Origin: a virus
Virus record (IMG/VR): IMGVR_UViG_3300044957_000346
Span: 1 to 64,000 of that record
DNA: 64,000 nucleotides
Strand: one strand, 5' to 3'
Position 1 is the first letter of the stretch. Each line of letters opens with the position of its first letter. Below, piece after piece: positions 17,644 to 28,685 of the stretch. The notes under the pieces were generated by a model, which was not told where the DNA came from, searched no databases, and saw nothing but the letters and a program-made list of their open reading frames with translations. Both the position numbers and the translations under genes were made by a program.

Positions 17644-18740
17644 TAAAGAAACTGGCAAGAATAGTTAATAGTAAACCAGTCATTCTTTCATCTGTCGAAA
17701 TAAACGACATAGGTAATATTAAATATATTGGTCAAAGCGGCACTAGCGGTTATGCTAGTGCCGCTAAAGGATATTTAGCAGACTATGTATTACGTAATGT
17801 ATCTGTTAGTTGGGTACCTTTAATATTTGACAATAGTAACAATGACAAAAAGTATTATGTAGATGCTTTGGCTGAGAGCACGATAGGTATATCATACGAT
17901 AGTTACGATACTTTAATATTACACAGTACGCCGGATATTTGGAACGATTTACTGTTGACGCACAGAGATAGAACTAAAAATATAGTAGGATATTGTACTT
18001 GGGAAACAAACAAACTTCCTCCAAAGTGGATAAATTCTATTAATCTTGTATCGGAGGTGTGGGTACCATCTGTCTTTAATAAAGAATGTTTTATAAATTC
18101 AGGAGTAAAATCTGATATAAAAGTTGTACCTCATATATGGCATCCTCAAAAGTTAATAGACAAAGATAACATAACCATATATGATCATGTTAGAAATGTG
18201 GTATCAAAGAGTAAATATACATTTTATAGTATTGGAGAATTAAATTTCAGAAAAGGTATAGAGGATTTGGTAAAAACATTTGATAAATTTAACGATGATT
18301 ATCCAGATACTCAACTAATATTAAAAGTTCATTATAAAGAGTACTCTCAAGTTAATAAAAAATATTGTATAGATATTCTAAGTAAATTAACAAACAAACT
18401 AGGCAAATCAATTTATCTTATACTAGATAATATAAGTAATAAACAAATTTTAGCTTTACATAGTTTTGGTGATTGTTATGTTAGTCTAAACAAAGGTGAG
18501 GGATTTGGTTTAACTATATTTGACGCGTTTAATTATGGTAATAAAGTTATTACTACAGGTTATGGTGGTCAAGTAGATTATCTCGGTTTAGATTATGAGG
18601 GATTAGTAAAATATAAAATAGATAAAGTAAGTGGTATGGAGTCGTTTAGCACTAATTATTCTATAGATCAAGAATGGGCATATCCAAATCTAGATAGTGC
18701 TTATGAATTAATGAAAAAATGTTATGAAGCTAAATTTTAA
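17640..18740 (+). CDS. Glycosyltransferase (GT4-like)
   Basis: SGYA, TWET, VPS, RKG, GEGFGL motifs. Confidence 0.85.
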   Translation: MIKKLARIVNSKPVILSSVEINDIGNIKYIGQSGTSGYASAAKGYLADYVLRNVSVSWVPLIFDNSNNDKKYYVDALAESTIGISYDSYDTLILHSTPDIWNDLLLTHRDRTKNIVGYCTWETNKLPPKWINSINLVSEVWVPSVFNKECFINSGVKSDIKVVPHIWHPQKLIDKDNITIYDHVRNVVSKSKYTFYSIGELNFRKGIEDLVKTFDKFNDDYPDTQLILKVHYKEYSQVNKKYCIDILSKLTNKLGKSIYLILDNISNKQILALHSFGDCYVSLNKGEGFGLTIFDAFNYGNKVITTGYGGQVDYLGLDYEGLVKYKIDKVSGMESFSTNYSIDQEWAYPNLDSAYELMKKCYEAKF

Positions 18741-19086
18741 ACAGTTAGATAAAACCAAAAAACAAATACAATTTGTTGAAGGTATATACAACTTTGAGGA
18801 AAACAAAAATTCAAAGTGGATATGGACATCGGCAAAGTTTTCAGGCTATGCTAAAAATATAGAATACATCACATTAACAGTTGTTAGTGAAATGGAAAAT
18901 GTTTTGACATGCGATGAAGAATCTGTGGATTTAAAACCCGCGTGTCTAAATATAGTTAAAATTAAAGTTAATGATGGTGGATTGTTTAGTCTAAAATTGA
19001 ATAATTCATATTTTGCCGTTGGAGATAATCGTGAATTGGGTGTAAAGATAATTGGCATATCAGTTGACAATGATGTAATTTTTTAA
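18724..19086 (+). CDS. Hypothetical beta-sandwich protein
   Basis: WIWT...DNRELGV pattern of glycosyltransferase accessory domains. Confidence 0.5.
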   Translation: MKLNFKQLDKTKKQIQFVEGIYNFEENKNSKWIWTSAKFSGYAKNIEYITLTVVSEMENVLTCDEESVDLKPACLNIVKIKVNDGGLFSLKLNNSYFAVGDNRELGVKIIGISVDNDVIF

Positions 19087-19090
19087 ATGT

Positions 19091-20014
19091 ATGAATAAAA
19101 CTGATAAAATTTATATTGCGGGCCATAATGGACTAGTTGGATCTTCTATTGTGAGATTATTGAAAAAATTGGGATACAATAATCTATTAACCGCAGACTT
19201 TAGTGATCTTGATTTAAGGAATCAATTGCAAGTTAACAATTGGTTTGTTAAAAACAAACCTGATTATGTATTTCTTGCTGCTGCTAAAGTTGGAGGTATA
19301 TCTTATAATAAAACATATCCAGCAGATTTTATATATGATAACTTAATGATTCAAACCAATGTTATACATGCGAGTTATCTAAATAATGTAAAGAAGTTAT
19401 TGTTTCTTGGTAGCAGTTGTATTTATCCAAAAGAAAATCCATTACCTATCAATGAAAATAGATTATTAACCGGACCATTAGAACCAACTAATGAATCGTA
19501 TGCATTGGCAAAAATAACAGGGTTGAAGATGACGCAATATTATAGGGACCAATATGGATGTAATTTTATATCTGTTATGCCTTGCAATTTATATGGTCCA
19601 AATGATTGTTTTGATGTGAATAAATGTCATGTCATACCCGCGTTAATTACAAAGTTTCATAATGCCAAGATCAATAAATTGAATGATATTGTAATGTGGG
19701 GTACTGGTGCTGCAAAACGAGAATTTTTGTATGTAGACGATTTGGCAGAAGCTTTGTATTTTTTAATGAAAAACTATAATGACCGTAATCATATTAATGT
19801 CGGATCTGGATACGAAGTAGGAATGAAAGAATTGTTTACTATGATATCTGAATTGGTTGGATACACCGGTGAGTTAGTATTTGATACATCTAAACCAGAC
19901 GGAACTATATCCAAGATGATTGATAATACCAAAATCAAAGATTTAGGGTGGTCGCCAAAAATTCAATTGAACGATGGATTGAGAGAAACTTACGATTGGT
20001 ATATAAATAATTAA
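19091..20014 (+). CDS. fcl: GDP-L-fucose synthase / ColC-like epimerase-reductase
   Basis: AGHNGLVGS, LAAAKVGGI, LGSSCIYP, YALAK, REFLYVDD. Confidence 0.93.
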   Translation: MNKTDKIYIAGHNGLVGSSIVRLLKKLGYNNLLTADFSDLDLRNQLQVNNWFVKNKPDYVFLAAAKVGGISYNKTYPADFIYDNLMIQTNVIHASYLNNVKKLLFLGSSCIYPKENPLPINENRLLTGPLEPTNESYALAKITGLKMTQYYRDQYGCNFISVMPCNLYGPNDCFDVNKCHVIPALITKFHNAKINKLNDIVMWGTGAAKREFLYVDDLAEALYFLMKNYNDRNHINVGSGYEVGMKELFTMISELVGYTGELVFDTSKPDGTISKMIDNTKIKDLGWSPKIQLNDGLRETYDWYINN

Positions 20015-20018
20015 ATTT

Positions 20019-20963
20019 ATGAAGTTTAAAACTGTCTTTATAGCAAGCAAAAGAATAAATTATTTTGAAATAACATTATTGTCTATTAAAGATCAAATAG
20101 ATGAGTGTGAACTTTATATAGACGGAGACGAACATGATGTGGGGATAATGCAAAACATTAATACTTTTAAAAAATATTTTCCAACTTCAATTATAAATAA
20201 AGTTTCTCATAAAAATCCAGATCTAACAATTAGTAAAATATTTATCGATAATTTTAATAAAAATATTGAAAATTTGTTTTTGGTCGAGGACGATTTGTAT
20301 TTTAGTCACAATTATGTAAAACAATCTAAGCAGTTATATGAATTTATAAAAGATGACGATAGAATAGTGACATTCAGCTGTTTTAGTAGAGAAACATTAG
20401 GATGGTCACACGAAGAAATTGTTAAATATAAAAACTGTCTAGTACCACAACACAATCACATAGGAACATTTATAAAATTTGATCTCTTTGAAAGATTGTA
20501 CAAAAATTACATCGAAGAATATCATAATTTATTAGTAAGAGATAGAACTACACAATTAATTAAAAATTATTGCAGACGAGAGTTGCAAATTTACAACAAT
20601 AGTTATCCTATTGACGCATTTTATTCGATGTTAATTCGACGAGATGGCAAATATAGAGTATCAACTGTTTATAATAAATTGATCAATCGTGGAGAAATTG
20701 GTACCAATTGTAATCCAAAAGTTTATTTAGACGAAGGGTGGTATAAATGTAATTATATAGAAGATTTTATTAATAATTTTTCCTTTGAACCAGATAATCC
20801 AAATTGGCCAACGTGGTATTACTTTAAAGTTATAAGAAATCTTTTTGTGGGTAGAGATTGGATAGAAAAATTCGTTGGTGATCACGAAAATGCAACTGAA
20901 GAAGGTAAACTGGAAAAAATTGAGAGACTTAAGGTTGAGTACAAAGATTCATTTGATATGTGA
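20019..20963 (+). CDS. Putative GT-A glycosyltransferase
   Basis: LVEDDL motif and NRGEIG. Confidence 0.55.
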   Translation: MKFKTVFIASKRINYFEITLLSIKDQIDECELYIDGDEHDVGIMQNINTFKKYFPTSIINKVSHKNPDLTISKIFIDNFNKNIENLFLVEDDLYFSHNYVKQSKQLYEFIKDDDRIVTFSCFSRETLGWSHEEIVKYKNCLVPQHNHIGTFIKFDLFERLYKNYIEEYHNLLVRDRTTQLIKNYCRRELQIYNNSYPIDAFYSMLIRRDGKYRVSTVYNKLINRGEIGTNCNPKVYLDEGWYKCNYIEDFINNFSFEPDNPNWPTWYYFKVIRNLFVGRDWIEKFVGDHENATEEGKLEKIERLKVEYKDSFDM

Positions 20964-22015
20964 AAGTTTTAGTTACCACAACTGCATTTAATTTATATCA
21001 GAGGCTGTCGCCATTTTACGACACACTTCGTAAAATATATGGGTATGAAATTATATATCTTCCTATAGAAGAAGTTACATCGACTACACTCAACAATGTA
21101 GACATTTGTTTATATGATTATTTTGACATGTCACATAGTCGTGATGCTCATAACTCAATGGTTATAGGTGCAAACTCAAAAAAAGAAATATTTTTTAATT
21201 TTAAAGGCAAGTTATATTTTTTTATAACCGACGATGGAAATGCATCTTATATACAAGGGTTGGATGAAGAGATATTTGACAGATTAGATGGTTGGTTGTG
21301 TTTGATGAAAAGATCTGACACGGATGTATTTTATAATAAAAAATACAATCATAAATATTGTTTGATGCCTAGATATGTGATTCGGGTTAATGAACCAAGA
21401 CTGTCATATCTATCTAAACAAAATAATTTGTTTTTTTATGGAAGAACTAGTGGCGCAAATTCTTTTAATGGTAAAAATAAAAGAGTGGAGAGTTTAAAAA
21501 TAATTCAAAAAAATAAATGTTTATCCGAACATTTCTCAGGAGGCACAATTGATGATACAATACTAGAATTAGGAAACAACCAGAATGAAGAGTATAATAA
21601 AACGATTCCATATGTGCATAAAGATCAATGGCTTACATTTGATGAATTTTTAAAAAAAATAAATGAGAATAGATTGAGTCTTTGTATACCTGGAAATTCT
21701 AATCTTGGAATTCGAAATTATGCTACATTGGGTGTGGGATCTACAATGATATCCACAAATTTATTGAAAGATCCAGTTGATTGGTTCTTTAGTGAAAAAT
21801 TAAAAGATTGTTTTTATGAAATTAAAGACGACTTAAGTGATTTAGAATATATTTATGAATATGCTTTGACGCACGAAATTGAATCTGAAAAAATTGCTGA
21901 TCGTGGATATCATATTTTTATGAAATATTTTCAACTTGAAATTGACAATACATATAATTCCATAGTTTTAAATCACTTGAAAGAAGATCTTAAAAAAATT
22001 AATTTTCCTATATGA
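20960..22015 (+). CDS. Putative GT-B glycosyltransferase (GT90/exostosin-like C-terminus)
   Basis: LFFYGRTSG, SLCIPGN, EKIADRG. Confidence 0.5.
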   Translation: MKVLVTTTAFNLYQRLSPFYDTLRKIYGYEIIYLPIEEVTSTTLNNVDICLYDYFDMSHSRDAHNSMVIGANSKKEIFFNFKGKLYFFITDDGNASYIQGLDEEIFDRLDGWLCLMKRSDTDVFYNKKYNHKYCLMPRYVIRVNEPRLSYLSKQNNLFFYGRTSGANSFNGKNKRVESLKIIQKNKCLSEHFSGGTIDDTILELGNNQNEEYNKTIPYVHKDQWLTFDEFLKKINENRLSLCIPGNSNLGIRNYATLGVGSTMISTNLLKDPVDWFFSEKLKDCFYEIKDDLSDLEYIYEYALTHEIESEKIADRGYHIFMKYFQLEIDNTYNSIVLNHLKEDLKKINFPI

Positions 22016-22692
22016 TCGATCAATTTGTAGATAAAATTTTTATTATAAATTTAAATCATCGAATTGATAGATGGTCTCTTATTACTTCACAATTAGATCG
22101 GCTCAATATTAAAAATTATGAAAGATTTCCCGCATATATTTATAAGAATGATAACATTTCTAATTATATATGTGGAAATGTGGGGTGTATAATTTCACAT
22201 TACTTGATAAATGAAGTATCAAGATCACACGGATATAAAAAAATTTTAATATTGGAAGATGATTGCGAGTTCTTAGAAGAAAATTATTATAATTACAATT
22301 TTAAAAAATCATTCATGTTTCTAGAAAATTGTGGGTACGATATGTTTTATTTAGGCGCTACATTTCATAAATATGATATCGAACCTATTAATGATTATGT
22401 TGATCAAATAAACCAATGTTGTGCAACGCATGCCATAATTACAGATGTTAATATAATATATGACAGGTTTAAAACTAGATATGACAGTGTTGATGGAATA
22501 ATAAATTATTCTGCCAAAAGTGATGTTGATACATCCATATTTACTATCGATGGTACTTATGGATCATTTAATCTGAGGAGATTTGTAACAAACCCTATAT
22601 TGGCTATTCAACGGCCATCTCACAGTGATATAACTGGTCATTTTGCTGCCACAAATCAATATAATATGTGGAAAGAAGCAAAAGTAATTTAA
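22012..22692 (+). CDS. Glycosyltransferase family 25
   Basis: INLNHRIDR, GCIISH, ILEDD, MFYLG, QRPSHSDI. Confidence 0.85.
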   Translation: MIDQFVDKIFIINLNHRIDRWSLITSQLDRLNIKNYERFPAYIYKNDNISNYICGNVGCIISHYLINEVSRSHGYKKILILEDDCEFLEENYYNYNFKKSFMFLENCGYDMFYLGATFHKYDIEPINDYVDQINQCCATHAIITDVNIIYDRFKTRYDSVDGIINYSAKSDVDTSIFTIDGTYGSFNLRRFVTNPILAIQRPSHSDITGHFAATNQYNMWKEAKVI

Positions 22693-22764
22693 TTTATATG
22701 ACTTGGGACGATGTAAAATTAAAAGACATATCAGAATTAAATATCCGGAATTTGGAGATGTTAC

Positions 22765-23526
22765 TTAAATTTTAGCCCATCTATCTGGAAGTATGTCTTT
22801 ACTATTAATTTGTTCAAACCACTTTGATGGACATATCACTTTATTATTATTTTTATTCATCCAAGCTCCCCACCAACTGAATGTGCTATTTGATATGATA
22901 TTATGATCACAAAATGACATCAGATACATGTCAATTAAATCGGACTCATTTTCTACGAAGTAGAATTTATCACCGATAAACGATTGCTTACAGTAATCTA
23001 TATCGTCGCTAAAAATTAAAAATTTACAATTTTTGAAATTAGTTATAGCACTATAATAGTACTCTAAATTACATGGGGGATGTATATGTGATAAATTCAT
23101 ATAATTTCCCCGTCTAACATGAATAGATACCGTGTTGTTATGAATAAACTCAGAATATTTGGTGTTAATATAAGATTTTATGTCGTCCGTTGGAGAAAAT
23201 AAATCTAAAATTTCCTCTCTATACCGCATAAAATATTTTTCACATTGAAAATATCCATTTAATTTTATATTAACGTCCAATGGAATTGATATTGGGGTGT
23301 ATGTAAATGAAGGTTCATTATATAGATGAAAGTTTGATATATCGTTTATTAATTTAAATTTTCTAAATATGCTGCTTGTATAATTACTAGGGTGTGTATG
23401 TAAGTACCCTTTATGATCTAGATGTATACAAGGTGTTAGTTTTTTTTCAAGACCAACTGCATATGTTGTTGCTAGTCCAAACATCATATTTCCTAATCCG
23501 CCTAATAATTGACAAGTAATATCCAT
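22765..23526 (-). CDS. GT11 alpha-1,2-fucosyl/colitosyltransferase
   Basis: GGLGNMMF, GYFQ, IHVRRGNY, FSDD, NSTFSWWGA. Confidence 0.9.
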   Translation of the reverse strand: MDITCQLLGGLGNMMFGLATTYAVGLEKKLTPCIHLDHKGYLHTHPSNYTSSIFRKFKLINDISNFHLYNEPSFTYTPISIPLDVNIKLNGYFQCEKYFMRYREEILDLFSPTDDIKSYINTKYSEFIHNNTVSIHVRRGNYMNLSHIHPPCNLEYYYSAITNFKNCKFLIFSDDIDYCKQSFIGDKFYFVENESDLIDMYLMSFCDHNIISNSTFSWWGAWMNKNNNKVICPSKWFEQINSKDILPDRWAKI

Positions 23527-23549
23527 AATATAATTTAATAAACCTTAAA

Positions 23550-24476
23550 ATGCGTCAATATATATGTATGACAGTTGCAAATAAACCGATGATTTTCGAT
23601 TTAAGACATTTAGATGTTGAAGTGTTTAAAAAGTTTGACGGTATATGTAATTATTTTAATCCGTCACATTTTAACGGTAAAACTATATTTCGTCGTGAAA
23701 GTAAATTTGAAAATAAACTATTATTTAGTGACATAGTAGATGATCAAGATAATATCATATTACAACATCGTATAGACGAAAACTATTTATGGAGTTATGA
23801 AGATGCTAGATTTATTAATGAAAATGAAATAAGCGTATGTTGTTGTAAAAGAGATAAAAATCGCTTGGGTAAAATAATTAATGTAGAGTTTAAAAAATAT
23901 AATTTAACTACAAAAGAATTCACACATTTTAAAACACAAAACTCATATTTCGAAAAACACTGGCAGTTTTATAGTGATAAAATTATCTATCATGTTAATC
24001 CATACACAATATTAGATCTTAATGAAAATATTATTTATAAAAATCTGATTAATTGGCAACCGTGGATAGAGAAGTATGGTAATCCGGGGTTAAGTACAAA
24101 TATATTTGAATTAAATAGTAAAAAATATCTATTGTTTCATAGTTATATAGCATTAGAAAAATTATATTTTAAATATTATGTTGGTATAATGTCATTAGAT
24201 AATGATTTGAAGCCTATTGGATATTCACAAGACGCATTGTTTGAATCAAATAAATCATATAGCGATCCTACACTTCTTGAATCTTTGTGGCAATGGCGTA
24301 ATACTGAACTAGCACCAGTTGTTAAATATGAAGTTATATTTCCAATGAATGTAGTGGTGGATAATGAAAATATTAATATATATAGTGGATTAAATGATTG
24401 TAGTGCTGTAAATATAAAAATAGATAAACAAGTTTTTATAGATGAAATAAAAAATCAACCGTTTGTATTAGTATGA
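23550..24476 (+). CDS. Beta-propeller glycosidase/phosphorylase-like protein (GH130-like)
   Basis: FNPS, EDAR, EKHW, VIFP, YSGLND. Confidence 0.6.
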   Translation: MRQYICMTVANKPMIFDLRHLDVEVFKKFDGICNYFNPSHFNGKTIFRRESKFENKLLFSDIVDDQDNIILQHRIDENYLWSYEDARFINENEISVCCCKRDKNRLGKIINVEFKKYNLTTKEFTHFKTQNSYFEKHWQFYSDKIIYHVNPYTILDLNENIIYKNLINWQPWIEKYGNPGLSTNIFELNSKKYLLFHSYIALEKLYFKYYVGIMSLDNDLKPIGYSQDALFESNKSYSDPTLLESLWQWRNTELAPVVKYEVIFPMNVVVDNENINIYSGLNDCSAVNIKIDKQVFIDEIKNQPFVLV

Positions 24477-25108
24477 ATAATTTTTTTAATAAGATATATA
24501 TAATATCATCGTATGACACTAAAAATAGATTATCTGAATTAATTCCATTTTTAAAAAATGAAGGCATTGACGTAGAGATTGTTATAGCTCCTAAAAAAGA
24601 ATATTTTATTCCGGATTTTTCTAAAACATGTAAGTCGAAAGGAGCATTTAGTCATATTAGCGCAGCTGAGTCGATTTTCTTGAAAGAATCATTTTTAAAG
24701 TCTGATACTTTTTGTATCATGGAAGATGATATATTTTTTGCAGATGATTATATTAACAAATTAAATTTATTTTTCTCGAAATTATCAGACGATTGGGAAA
24801 TTTTAAATTTAGGATTTCATGAATATAATAATTTTAAATCTAAAACATCAAATTTGTTTTATAAATTAAAAACCGAAGATCGAATATGTGGTGCGCATAT
24901 CGTTGCATATAAAAATAAAACCGTTCCATTTTTAATAGATAAGTTGAACATATGTGAACATCCAATGGATTGGTTTTTGTGTGATCACATTTATCCAAAT
25001 TTTAATACTTATTTGTGTTTAGATAATATATTTTATGGTTCTTCATATAGAGAAAACGAAAACAATAAACATTTATATTATAAAAAATATGAATCGTCCT
25101 TGTTATGA
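24473..25108 (+). CDS. GT25-like glycosyltransferase
   Basis: SH, IMEDD, DDWEILNLG, PMDW. Confidence 0.7.
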   Translation: MNNFFNKIYIISSYDTKNRLSELIPFLKNEGIDVEIVIAPKKEYFIPDFSKTCKSKGAFSHISAAESIFLKESFLKSDTFCIMEDDIFFADDYINKLNLFFSKLSDDWEILNLGFHEYNNFKSKTSNLFYKLKTEDRICGAHIVAYKNKTVPFLIDKLNICEHPMDWFLCDHIYPNFNTYLCLDNIFYGSSYRENENNKHLYYKKYESSLL

Positions 25109-25668
25109 AAAAATTAATAGTCGCGAGATATAATGAAAATTTAGATTGGTTAAATAAAATTAATTTTGAATCCGTTATATATAATAAAGGTGATATTGAT
25201 TCAAATTATATAAATTTACCAAATATAGGTCGTGAAGCTGATACTTATTTAAATTATATACTTTCTAATTATAATAATCTATCTGACATTACTGTTTTTA
25301 CACAAGCTAATCCATTTGATCATTGTTATGATTTTGTTGAAAAAGTTAATACTACCACTGATTTTAATAATGTGGTTTGGTTAGGTACAAACTGGGGTCC
25401 TGTAACTAAAAATTTTGAAGGTGGGCCTGGTGAACGGCCGTTACCATTATTAGATATATGTGAAGAATTATTTCAAATCAAATTTAGTAAAGATAAAACA
25501 TTTATTTTTTCAGCAGGTGCTCAATATATGGTTCCTAAAAATTTTATTTTAAAAAAATCGTTAAACTGGTGGAAAAACTGTTATATTGTTTTTAATAAGT
25601 ATATTGAAACTTCGCCGTGGGCGTATGAAAGAATTTGGCCTTTAATATGGAATTATGAAAATTTATAA
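25105..25668 (+). CDS. DUF3431-like protein
   Basis: VARYNENLDW, NIGREADTYL, FTQANPFDH, GAQY, ERIW. Confidence 0.75.
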   Translation: MKKLIVARYNENLDWLNKINFESVIYNKGDIDSNYINLPNIGREADTYLNYILSNYNNLSDITVFTQANPFDHCYDFVEKVNTTTDFNNVVWLGTNWGPVTKNFEGGPGERPLPLLDICEELFQIKFSKDKTFIFSAGAQYMVPKNFILKKSLNWWKNCYIVFNKYIETSPWAYERIWPLIWNYENL

Positions 25669-26220
25669 AACAAGAATAGATCTTATAAAAGATTTGGTTA
25701 ATGAATCGTCAATTTGTGTTGAATTGGGTGTTTTATACGGAGGATTTGCACAGCATATTCACAATCAAAATCCTAAAAAATTGTATTTAGTTGATTTGTG
25801 AAATTGTTCAATGTTTTGTGGCGATGAGGATGGAAAAATTTACAACTATATAATCATTTAAGTTGTTTAAATACAGTAAAAAATAAATTTGGCGATTCAT
25901 ATAATACGGAAATTATATAAAATGATTCTATTTCTTTTATGAAATCGTGTGAAAATAATTATTTTGATTTCATTTATATTGATACTACGCATACCTACGA
26001 ACAAACATTAAACGAATTGGAAATTTCTTTTTTAAAATGTAAAGTCGGTGGATATGTGCGTGGTCATGATTTAGATATAAATGTTGATAGATGCGTTAAT
26101 CCGCCATATTCATTTCAAGTTGATAAAGCTGTATATGAATTTTGTACAAAATATAGTCAAAAAATATATGCTATTTCTCTAGATGGATGCATTAGTTTTG
26201 CAATTAAAAAATGTGTATAA
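25655..26220 (+). pseudogene. Class I SAM methyltransferase, disrupted
   Basis: VELGVLYG..LVDL* (TGA where Trp is expected), further stops/frameshift, then FDFIYIDTTH..GGYVRGHD. Confidence 0.75.
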
Positions 26221-26244
26221 CTTCTTGATATTATATATAACTTA

Positions 26245-26964
26245 ATGATTACTATTGTTTCCCCCATATATTTAGGTCAACAACATAGAGTTGAATATTA
26301 TCAAAAGTTTATTAATTCGTGTAAAAATCAAAACAATTTTAATAAAATACAATTTATTTTTTTCTATGAAAATACTATAGTAGATTATAATTTAATTTAC
26401 GAATTAAAATCATACAATAACATTGATTTACATATAAATTCATACGACTTTAAAACTTTCCTAAATCAGTATAATTGTTTGAATTATTGTTTTGAACATC
26501 TAAAATTAGATCATGTTATATATCTTGAAGACGATGTAGAAACATCCAATGATTTATACGATATAACAAATTTTTATATAAATTCCGAACATTATCATGA
26601 TAATAATATATTTTGTTATCTAAATAAAGATAATTTGATAGATGATGTTTTGACTAAATCCGATCTAATCCAAGTCAAACCATTCATGCGTGGAAATATG
26701 GGTTACTTTACACCGTGGGGATTTTTAGCGACAAAATATATGTGGAATAATGCTTTAAAATATTGGAATAAGAAAAGATCATTTGATTTCGAAATTGTAG
26801 AAATATTTAAAAATACTCATCAAATTATATCACCTCAAGAGTCTAGAGTAAATCATATTGGAGAAATAGGTGCGAGTTATAACAAGGCGTTATTTGAATC
26901 ACACAACTTTAATACTTATAAGGTAAAACAATATCAAAATCCAATAATTTATACTTATGTATGA
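26245..26964 (+). CDS. Putative GT-A glycosyltransferase
   Basis: IYLEDD, TPWG, SRVNHIGEIG. Confidence 0.6.
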   Translation: MITIVSPIYLGQQHRVEYYQKFINSCKNQNNFNKIQFIFFYENTIVDYNLIYELKSYNNIDLHINSYDFKTFLNQYNCLNYCFEHLKLDHVIYLEDDVETSNDLYDITNFYINSEHYHDNNIFCYLNKDNLIDDVLTKSDLIQVKPFMRGNMGYFTPWGFLATKYMWNNALKYWNKKRSFDFEIVEIFKNTHQIISPQESRVNHIGEIGASYNKALFESHNFNTYKVKQYQNPIIYTYV

Positions 26965-28057
26965 CTATATAATAGTAGGATCTGGGTTATTTGGATCTAC
27001 ATTTGCAAACTTAGTACATTCATGTGGAAAATCGTGTCTTGTTTTGGAAAAAAGAAATCACATAGGCGGTAACATTTATACTGAAAAAAAAGATGGTATT
27101 AATATACACATGTATGGTCCACATATATTTCATACATCAAATGAAAAAATTTGGAAATACATCAATAAATTTTCTAAATTTAATAATTTTTTAAATAGAC
27201 CCAAAGTAAAATATAAGAATAATATATATTCATTTCCTATTAATTTATTAACTTTATATCAGTTATGGGGAGTTATCACTCCAGAACAAGCAAAGAATAA
27301 ATTAAATAGTGTTAAACTTAAAATAAAAAATCCTAGTAATCTAGAAGAGTGGATTTTAAATCAAGTTGGAGAAGAAATATATGAGACATTCATATACGGT
27401 TATACTAAAAAACAATGGGGCAAAGAACCTTGTGAATTACCGAGTTCAATTGTTAAAAGATTGCCCATACGATTAGATTTTAATGATGGATATTATAATA
27501 ATGAAGACATTTATCAAGGAATTCCAATAGATGGATATACCGTTATTATAAATAATATGTTAAAAGATATTCAGGTGGAATTAAATGAAGATTTTAATAA
27601 AAACAAAGCTTATTGGCTTCCAAAAGCAAAACATATTGTCTATACAGGAGCCATTGATCAATTATTTGATTATAAATTGGGAGTACTTGAATATAGAAGT
27701 CTTAAATTTGTACACGAAAAATTAAAAATTGGAGATTTTCAAGGAAATGCAATAGTTAATTATACGGAATATCAAGTTCCGTATACTAGAATTATAGAAC
27801 ATAAACATTTTGAAAATGTAAATGTAGAACATACAATAATAACAAAAGAATTTCCTGAAAAATGGACTATTGGTAAAGAAAGTTACTATCCTTTGAACAA
27901 TAGTCAAAATGATGAATTGTATAAAAAATATATAGAATTGGCAAAAAAAGAATATCCTAATTTTATATTTGGTGGCAGATTAGCATCGTATAAATATTTT
28001 GACATGCATCAAGTTATAGGGCAAGCTATGCACAAAGCTCAAGAACAATTTTGTTAA
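26957..28057 (+). CDS. glf: UDP-galactopyranose mutase
   Basis: IVGSGLFG, HIGGN, YGPHIFHT, YTKKQWG, YRSL, GRLASYKYFDM. Confidence 0.95.
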   Translation: MYDYIIVGSGLFGSTFANLVHSCGKSCLVLEKRNHIGGNIYTEKKDGINIHMYGPHIFHTSNEKIWKYINKFSKFNNFLNRPKVKYKNNIYSFPINLLTLYQLWGVITPEQAKNKLNSVKLKIKNPSNLEEWILNQVGEEIYETFIYGYTKKQWGKEPCELPSSIVKRLPIRLDFNDGYYNNEDIYQGIPIDGYTVIINNMLKDIQVELNEDFNKNKAYWLPKAKHIVYTGAIDQLFDYKLGVLEYRSLKFVHEKLKIGDFQGNAIVNYTEYQVPYTRIIEHKHFENVNVEHTIITKEFPEKWTIGKESYYPLNNSQNDELYKKYIELAKKEYPNFIFGGRLASYKYFDMHQVIGQAMHKAQEQFC

Positions 28058-28685
28058 CTTGATTCATCAGTTCAAATTTTGAATTTGTAGTTAAAGCACA
28101 ATTTGCATGATAAAGTAAAATATCTTTATTTATATGTTTGAAACCGACTGAAGTTTATAAAAATGTCGCTGGTAGTAAATCCCATTTTAAATTATAATTT
28201 TTGTTTTTATATAAAAATTCATTGATCACTTTTTGTTCCCAAGTACCACTTTTACAAACTTCAAATATAACATCTTGGAAAAAATTAAGAGTTTTTTGAT
28301 TAGATCGTATGATATTAAATCCAAAATTAATATTACCTCCTTGTAATTCAAATATACCATCATAAAATTCTCGTAAAAATAAAACATCATTATTTTCTAT
28401 TAAATTTAAAATTGTAGGAATGATTGGTTTATAAAATACAATATCAATATCCGAGAATACAAATACTTCATTTTCCGGTAACATTTTTATTATCTATACA
28501 ATGTTATTCACACGTGATTTCCATATTTCGATTCCACCTCCGTATTTGAGATGTTCCGGCAGATTTACATCAAAAACTGGAGAATTTATTTTTATTTCAA
28601 TTTTATTAAAATTGTCTTTGACACTTTCAATAAAAGAGTTTTTAAGATCTAAAAATTTGTCATCATACATGTAATAAAGATTCAT
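28026..28685 (-). pseudogene. Nucleotide-diphospho-sugar transferase (GT77-like) with two in-frame stops
   Basis: One frame throughout: ..IV(TAG 28494)IIKML..FSDIDI..INFGF..EQ..ATFL(TAA 28155)TSVG..YHANC. Confidence 0.7.

Noticed and set aside
25655-28685. Stop-codon reassignment suggested by in-frame TGA (about 25799) and TAG (28494)
   Set aside because: The same genes also have in-frame TAA or frameshifts; TGA and TAG end intact genes normally; long core genes have no internal stops. Pseudogenisation explains it.
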